From IMG/VR virus record IMGVR_UViG_3300042870_001966: a stretch of DNA of 64,000 nucleotides, one strand, 5' to 3'. Below are positions 56,466-64,000 of the stretch, one piece after another. Source of the DNA: a virus. Taxonomy: Duplodnaviria; Heunggongvirae; Uroviricota; Caudoviricetes. The notes under the pieces were generated by a model that saw only the letters and a list, made by a program, of their open reading frames with translations, searched no databases and was not told where the DNA came from. How positions within the stretch are numbered: position 1 is the first letter of the stretch; every line of letters begins with the position of its first letter. A program made the position numbers and the translations under genes.

Positions 56466-59400
56466 TAAATTGTATGAATTCCTGGATCAACAAATATACT
56501 TGGTGCCCAGGTGGTTGGATACAGCCCTGGCATTTTACTTTGGAATATTAAGGTGCCGGTTGAAAGTAGGCTTGATCTCCAAGCTAACTCATCCAGAAAT
56601 ATTGCAAATAATGGATTTTTATGAGTTAATCTTTCCCAAGGCGGAAGATCATCCTGGTTAAAAAATGGGCTTGATGCTACTCTAGCTAACTGAACGCCGG
56701 GCTTACTTAGAAAAGAACACGATATGATTGCGCCCAAGTATGCTATCTCTTTTACGACTGGTTCAGTAGCAGTGATAACTGGAATATAGGCGGCTTTAAT
56801 CAAATCCATTGCATCTAAATTAGTGAGTCTAACCTTTGTTGAATTAGGTATCTGTAATTGAAGCGCCATTATAATTAATTTAATTGGAAGAATGTATGGA
56901 TTCGCTGATTCAATGATGTTAAACGATAGATCCTTTAAGGATTTAGTTAATCCAAGAATTGGCTCAACGATAGACTTAACCGGTTGCAATATTCCGTCGA
57001 TTGCCGTATTAATTAAGCTTCTGATTAATTCAACCAAGTCAGTAGAGGTAAGTAATGAAAAATAACTGACTATGTCTAATGGAATCATTGGAATTTTAGG
57101 AAGCTTAAGTTTAAATCCATTAGGTAAAGTAATTGTGACGAATTTTGAAGCGGCGGTTGTAGTTACAGTAGCGGTTTGTGAATTTCCACATGGTATTAAT
57201 TGAAGTATCTCACCGACTGTCGTAGAAGCAGCCGATCCGGCTCCGGACGTTAATAAATTTCCAGCATCGGCTAGCATTCTTAAAATTAGTTCAAGAAGGT
57301 AAGCAATTGCTGATTTAAGAAGAGGCTTAATTAGTGCGTCTAATGGAATTGATACTTGAATCGGAAAGGGTAGTCCCAAAGGATTTGGTGCTTGTGGGAC
57401 GTGTAATGCAGTTAATACTGGAATAAGCATTGCTTGTGAAATTGCAACTAAATCTGCTTTATTAGGTAAAACAATTGGTGGAAATGCTGAAAGTATAGAA
57501 TCAAATAGGCTTGTTATGCTAGATATTCCAATATTAGATAGAGAATCTCCAAGTAAGGCTTTTAGTGATTCAACGGTTAATCCGCTTAGTACTGCATCTA
57601 ATAACGCATTAAATATTGCAATCGCGGCTAATATTTGAGGAGACGCTGGTAATTCAAGTGAAGTCTCTTCAGTTGAGCAGCATGGGGCAAATGGATCAAA
57701 TAATTTTAAACTCGGTGAGACTATTGATAGCGAAGTAAACGCCAGTGCCGACTTTAAGCGAGCCTTTCTAAGATCGGCTGCTTTTTTTATTCTTGCTTTT
57801 TCTTCATCACTTAAATTTGGATCAATGTCATCTGCTGGGGACTTTACTCCTTGCAGATAATCCATTGCCTCTTTTGTGTACTCTTTTATCGCTTTTTTAA
57901 ATTCAACAATATCTTCTTGCTTGTTTAGATTAAACGATTTTTTTGATTTTAATTTTGAGGTATCTACTTGAGCAGCCATTCTTTTAATCTTTGCAATAAA
58001 GTTAACTGAGTCGAGGTCAAGATTAAGTTCGCCTTTTGCGGCTTGTTCAACAATTGGCTGCATCGCACTAACTGCATTAGGTAGAGGTGGATTTAATTTA
58101 GTCGGATCGTTAGGGAATGAAATTGTTCCTAATTTGATTTTATCAATGTACTTATTGAAATCTTCTAGCACTCCATCAATTTTAGACTGTAGTGTTATTG
58201 GATCAAGCGATCGAGCCTTCTTTTTAGTTTCGCGCTTCTTTGCTAAGTTTTCTTCAGACTCAGCGCCTTTAACTTGAGAGTCTCTCTCGTTTCTAGTCTT
58301 TTCCTTTAACTTAGTTATCGCGGTAATTTGAATTTCCCCAAGTCTATCGAATTGCTTGTTAATTGATCTCTTAAATTCGTTTACTTGTTTTGTAAAATCA
58401 TTGGACGCTTCCATATCGAGGGCGTCCGCTAATTTCTCAGAAAGCCCAGTATATTTAGCAAGATAAGTCACAGGATCAATTTGTCCTAACACTGCTCCTG
58501 CTCCATTCTTTATGTCAATGCCCTTTCCTAATGCAACAGCCGCGGCGACGGTTGCAACTCTAATTGCCTTTGATGCTTTTGCTGAAATTGTAATTGGTAT
58601 ACTTAGAGAGCCTTTAGTAAGCTGTCCTTTAAATGGGTCAGTTGGATTTATACCTAATGGGTTCTGAGAAGCTGGGCTGTTGTCTACCTCAAATCCAACT
58701 TTAGATCCACCTGGGATTAGTAGGAATGGAATATTTGGAGCAACTAGCATGTATTTTCTACCATCCGGTGCTATGTATAACACGTAAACTGATGGTAATG
58801 GGATTCCAACAATTACGACTGGCATTGTTATAAATGTAACAATTGTGCCAAGCGGAGTAGATAAAGAAAATAACGGAGTCCACTTTTGAGGTATAGGAAT
58901 CATTACTATACCAAGTGGAGTTGGAATAATATTGTTAATTGGATAATATCTAAATAATGGAGAGCTTAGATCAGGAATAGGTAATAAACTTACTTTGTTT
59001 AACGCTTTTGCAAACTCTTTCCAATAACATGGGTTATTCATGTCAGGTAATTTAGAATCATTTCCATTTAATGTTCTAATAAAGAGAGGATCTTTTCCTA
59101 ATTTCGCGAGAGTTTCAGCTTCACAATCTTTGGCAACGGCTTTTGACTTAGCTGCTTCGCTAAAACATTTTATCTTGGAAATTTTAACTTCAAGAACCTT
59201 GGGGTCCATTGAATTTTCTTTTATTAGTAGATCTAAGTTAGCGATATCTTTTTGACAAGCCTGTATTTTTAGAGCAGCTTCATCGTATGCTTTTTGATAG
59301 TACGCTAACCTTTGAGAAATCACGGTGTCTAGCGTAGAATACTTGAATACTCCTTGTGTATAAACAGTTGAAGCTCCTGCCCTATATGAAGTCGGTCTAG

Positions 59401-60823
59401 CTAATTTAATTGATGCGTCAGTAGTCCTTCTAAAAAAGTCAGCAACTTCTCTTTTTGCAATAGTAGATAGGGAGGTTAAAGTTGGTGCTATTTCCGCTGG
59501 AAACACCTGCTCCTTTTCTTTCTTAATTCTATCAGGTAAACTTTTATTAGCAGTATCATAGAAGGTAGAGTAGGCTTCTTGACTACTTATATAAAACGTG
59601 ATGTCTCCTTCTTTTAAAGAAACTGGCGCGTTTTCAACGTCTTTTATTAACGGATCAATTTTAGTTGGATCAACAGTTAATCCTCTTTCCTCTGGTGTAT
59701 ATAGATTTGAAATCGGATTGGCTAATTTTTTATAAAGCCCTCTATATCCGCTAGCAGTTAAGTTGTATAAAGCACCAGAGATAAAATCATAGTCTCTATT
59801 CTGTTTGTATTGCTCAAATGGAATTGACTGACAACTAGTAGCAACTGAATTAGAGAATGGAGAATTTTTTAGGTATGGGCTATTGCGTATAACTAATGTT
59901 TTTTCAACTTGAGAAGTTTCTCCATTTTCCAATAATTTAGGGACCGTTAATTTAGTAAAATCTAAATCGATTAATCTCATTGAAAACACAGCCGTTCTAG
60001 CTGGAGCAATAAGTCCTCCAGTTAGAGAAGATTCAGTATCTGAAAAAATAGGTATTAATTGACCGCTTATTTTTGAAGTTAGCGAATTTAAAGTGGACTC
60101 AACTGTTGAACTATCGCTTAAGGCTGGATAGTTTTGAATACTTTGAGATAGTGCATTTGCTGCTCCTTGCTTAGAAAGAAGTTGACGCTCTTCTGCTAAG
60201 ATTCTATTTTTTCTAGCTGTATAATACTTGAGGTATATTGGAGTATTGACAATATAGTTAAAATAGGTTTGGGTAATAAGATTAGATAAGACAGTTGAAT
60301 TATACGTAGTGATAGTTTTAAATTGAGAATCAGTTAGTGAAACTACTAACTTGATTCCATAATTTACATAGTCAAACGACTGAAACGTTGAATTATAGTC
60401 CTCAATTATTTTATCTTCAATTGCTTTAGTTCTATCATACTCGTCCGTCCAATACAGATACTGGGAGGTGAGAGGTTCAACTGTACTTATGGTGGAAGTA
60501 AAGAATTCAACCCTAGCCTTATAATAATTAGAAATGACTTTGTAATGATCTAGTGCTTCTTCTACTTTACCTTTAATTGTTCCAAGTTCAACAACTACAT
60601 CTTGTTTCGAAAGCTGTTCGGTTAGGATCTTTTTAACCTGGATTAATCCATCGTTAACGCATGAGCTCTCTGATGGAACTGTAACTTTTACCTCTTTAGT
60701 AGGTTGAGCTATTGGTTCAGGAATACAGGCTTTTACTTTAGCTAAATCATCTTCCGTAAACGCTGGGGATGCTAGCTTTCCGCATTTAATATCTGTTAAT
60801 ATTTCCTTAAATGTTTTATCCAC
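56465..60823 (-). CDS. large hypothetical protein (1452 aa)
   Basis: GTG start; coiled-coil and Lys-rich blocks alternating with Pro-rich hydrophobic blocks. Confidence 0.65.
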   Translation of the reverse strand: MDKTFKEILTDIKCGKLASPAFTEDDLAKVKACIPEPIAQPTKEVKVTVPSESSCVNDGLIQVKKILTEQLSKQDVVVELGTIKGKVEEALDHYKVISNYYKARVEFFTSTISTVEPLTSQYLYWTDEYDRTKAIEDKIIEDYNSTFQSFDYVNYGIKLVVSLTDSQFKTITTYNSTVLSNLITQTYFNYIVNTPIYLKYYTARKNRILAEERQLLSKQGAANALSQSIQNYPALSDSSTVESTLNSLTSKISGQLIPIFSDTESSLTGGLIAPARTAVFSMRLIDLDFTKLTVPKLLENGETSQVEKTLVIRNSPYLKNSPFSNSVATSCQSIPFEQYKQNRDYDFISGALYNLTASGYRGLYKKLANPISNLYTPEERGLTVDPTKIDPLIKDVENAPVSLKEGDITFYISSQEAYSTFYDTANKSLPDRIKKEKEQVFPAEIAPTLTSLSTIAKREVADFFRRTTDASIKLARPTSYRAGASTVYTQGVFKYSTLDTVISQRLAYYQKAYDEAALKIQACQKDIANLDLLIKENSMDPKVLEVKISKIKCFSEAAKSKAVAKDCEAETLAKLGKDPLFIRTLNGNDSKLPDMNNPCYWKEFAKALNKVSLLPIPDLSSPLFRYYPINNIIPTPLGIVMIPIPQKWTPLFSLSTPLGTIVTFITMPVVIVGIPLPSVYVLYIAPDGRKYMLVAPNIPFLLIPGGSKVGFEVDNSPASQNPLGINPTDPFKGQLTKGSLSIPITISAKASKAIRVATVAAAVALGKGIDIKNGAGAVLGQIDPVTYLAKYTGLSEKLADALDMEASNDFTKQVNEFKRSINKQFDRLGEIQITAITKLKEKTRNERDSQVKGAESEENLAKKRETKKKARSLDPITLQSKIDGVLEDFNKYIDKIKLGTISFPNDPTKLNPPLPNAVSAMQPIVEQAAKGELNLDLDSVNFIAKIKRMAAQVDTSKLKSKKSFNLNKQEDIVEFKKAIKEYTKEAMDYLQGVKSPADDIDPNLSDEEKARIKKAADLRKARLKSALAFTSLSIVSPSLKLFDPFAPCCSTEETSLELPASPQILAAIAIFNALLDAVLSGLTVESLKALLGDSLSNIGISSITSLFDSILSAFPPIVLPNKADLVAISQAMLIPVLTALHVPQAPNPLGLPFPIQVSIPLDALIKPLLKSAIAYLLELILRMLADAGNLLTSGAGSAASTTVGEILQLIPCGNSQTATVTTTAASKFVTITLPNGFKLKLPKIPMIPLDIVSYFSLLTSTDLVELIRSLINTAIDGILQPVKSIVEPILGLTKSLKDLSFNIIESANPYILPIKLIIMALQLQIPNSTKVRLTNLDAMDLIKAAYIPVITATEPVVKEIAYLGAIISCSFLSKPGVQLARVASSPFFNQDDLPPWERLTHKNPLFAIFLDELAWRSSLLSTGTLIFQSKMPGLYPTTWAPSIFVDPGIHTI

Positions 60824-60922
60824 TTAGGGTTTTGCTTTATTTTATCTATCGCCCTTCTAAAACAGAGCAGCGCCTGCGAGTATTACTCAACAAGCGCCGT
60901 TCTTCGATGGCTAATCTTAAAT

Positions 60923-62506
<1,584 letters not shown>

Positions 62507-62522
62507 TTATTGTGTGGTTATT

Positions 62523-63266
62523 TTACTTTATTATTATACCAGATTTTTCAATTTGGTTTAGGTTAGAAAGCTTTAAAGCTATCTGAATTAACGTAATTAC
62601 GTCTTTTTGGCAGTATTCTTTAATTCTTTCGATATTACCGGCCCAGTAATTCTCATGAACTTGATCACCTTTGATATCGTCTTTCGGTGAATCGACTCCT
62701 AGAATAGTGGCTAATAAGTCGAGTGAAGTGAATCCTTCTTGCCATGCACCAAATGACCAAAGCTCAGAAGTATCAATAATTGAAGTTTCCCAAGGTTTTT
62801 TATCCCATACTTGAAGAGGTATTGGTGTTTCTACTCCTAGTATAAATGCTCTTTTGCAAAGATATGGAACATCGAATCTTTTAACGTTATGGCCAGTTAA
62901 TTTAGCACCAGTTTTCCCAAGACCACCAATTACCTTAAAGGCTTGACGTAAAATGTCTTCTTCATCTTCTCCAGAGTAGGAAACTATTTGAGCTACGGGT
63001 TCGCCGTCCACCCATTTAATTTTACCGAAGGAAATACAGACAACTCTACCGAATTCAGCGTGAAGAGCTGATTTCATTTGATAAAGCTCATCGTCTGATT
63101 TATCTTTATTGTCTGGATACTTTGCACCCAATTGATTTCTAAGGATTTCCGAACGATTTGCCCAAAGTTCTTGCATTTTCTCTGAAAGATCTCCAGAATG
63201 GCTAACTGTTCCAGCTGTTTCTATATCGAAGAACAGCATTTTTTCTAATTGATGTGGATCAAACAT
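62523..63266 (-). CDS. stand-alone DEDD 3'-5' exonuclease (PolB-like exonuclease family)
   Basis: FFDIET, GHNVKRFDVPYL, YCQKDV. Confidence 0.85.
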   Translation of the reverse strand: MFDPHQLEKMLFFDIETAGTVSHSGDLSEKMQELWANRSEILRNQLGAKYPDNKDKSDDELYQMKSALHAEFGRVVCISFGKIKWVDGEPVAQIVSYSGEDEEDILRQAFKVIGGLGKTGAKLTGHNVKRFDVPYLCKRAFILGVETPIPLQVWDKKPWETSIIDTSELWSFGAWQEGFTSLDLLATILGVDSPKDDIKGDQVHENYWAGNIERIKEYCQKDVITLIQIALKLSNLNQIEKSGIIIK

Positions 63267-63309
63267 ATTTTAATTTTATGAATTAGTTGAAATATACTAA
63301 AAATCAGGA

Positions 63310-63401
63310 CTAAGTAGCTAAGTGCTTAGGATTAAGGTAGTAAGTTTACTTAATTCTTTATATTAATAATATAAGTAGACTAAGTTCCTAAGACTCTAAG
63401 C
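63310..63401. repeat. (C)TAAG array with about 8-nt period flanking an AT-only core
   Basis: TAAG at 63311, 63319, 63333, 63341, 63372, 63381, 63389, 63397. Confidence 0.6.
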
Positions 63402-63423
63402 TCTATACCCTCCCAACACCCTT

Positions 63424-63450
63424 ATTCTACAGTACATTTTACAAAGGTTT
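63424..63450 (-). promoter_or_regulatory. AAAC-N16-GTAGAAT promoter (class A)
   Basis: Back-to-back with an equivalent plus-strand site. Confidence 0.6.
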
Positions 63451-63454
63451 CAAA

Positions 63455-63481
63455 AAACTTAATCTTTTTATTCAGTAGAAT
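63455..63481 (+). promoter_or_regulatory. AAAC-N16-GTAGAAT promoter (class A)
   Basis: Upstream of RuvC-like ORF. Confidence 0.65.
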
Positions 63482-63505
63482 ACTTCAAATCACTTAGAAT
63501 GACTC

Positions 63506-64000
63506 TTGGTAGTAATAGGAATAGATTTCTCAATACAGTTTCCAGCTGTTTGTATTTGCAAAGACTTTAAAAGTTTTCGCTGGATCGCGTGTGTCAATTC
63601 CAATACGACTAAAGCCCACCGGAAGTTACTAGAGGACACTCAATTAGAATTTCCTGAGCTAGAGTTTATTTTTCTCCCCCCTAAGAACTTTAAATATGAT
63701 ACCTATTCTGGAGTAGAAAGGGCTAAATTAGCTAATTATTCGCTACTAGTCGATACATTAATCGATAGAGTGGAAGAAGTTATTAAAGATGAGCCTAACC
63801 GAATCATTTCAATTGAAGGTATAGCATACGGTGCTCAAGGCAATGCACTAATTGATATTGCTCAATCTACTGGCATGTTAAGAAAGAAAGTACTTGACAA
63901 TTTATTAAATAATAATCAAGAGAGTCTATTCATATTTTCTCCTGGGGAACTAAAAAATGCAATTGGAGCAAAAGGAAATGCCGGTAAGTTTGACGTGTAC
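63506..64000 (+). CDS. RuvC-like Holliday junction resolvase, truncated at right edge
   Basis: Not in ORF track; TTG start, MVVIGIDFS, ISIEGIAYG, FSPGELKNAIGAKGNAGK. Confidence 0.75.
   Translation, partial: MVVIGIDFSIQFPAVCICKDFKSFRWIACVNSNTTKAHRKLLEDTQLEFPELEFIFLPPKNFKYDTYSGVERAKLANYSLLVDTLIDRVEEVIKDEPNRIISIEGIAYGAQGNALIDIAQSTGMLRKKVLDNLLNNNQESLFIFSPGELKNAIGAKGNAGKFDVY

Noticed and set aside
63291-63317. Additional class A promoter before the 3'-5' exonuclease
   Set aside because: A GTATATT -10-like box is present but the upstream box reads CTAC, too weak to call.

Overview
The window is an internal 64-kb segment of a large T4-like myophage genome. No tRNA, rRNA, CRISPR array, intron/intein or mobile element was found, and the standard genetic code fits all ORFs. 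It contains a head module (gp21 protease fused to a repeat-rich scaffold, gp23 capsid), tail and baseplate genes (gp18 sheath, gp19 tube, gp53-, gp27-, gp5-like), replication/recombination genes (UvsW, UvsX, UvsY-like, gp41, gp46/47, gp32, RNase H-like, RuvC-like, and only the N-terminal half of a split gp43), nucleotide metabolism (NrdA/B, dCMP deaminase, gp56-like dCTPase/dUTPase, a ThyA-fold enzyme with dCMP-type signature) and host-like genes (GroEL, GroES, DnaJ, bS1-like, Hc1-like, SET domain). An Hc1-like protein and A-rich leaders without Shine-Dalgarno motifs suggest a Bacteroidota host (inference). Main highlights: (1) a probable cytosine-modification pathway plus an inverted glycosyltransferase/dioxygenase cassette; (2) a dispersed set of proteins carrying a T4 internal-protein-like capsid targeting motif, including enzymes; (3) two promoter classes read directly from the sequence, AAAC-N16/17-RTANAAK/RTATTAT at 12 sites and late-type ATAAATAA at 12 or more sites, several predicting leaderless mRNAs; (4) a HAD phosphatase + P-loop kinase + ligase-like/HxGH fusion triad; (5) a split DNA polymerase whose partner is not in the window. 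All family assignments come from motif recognition, not database searches.
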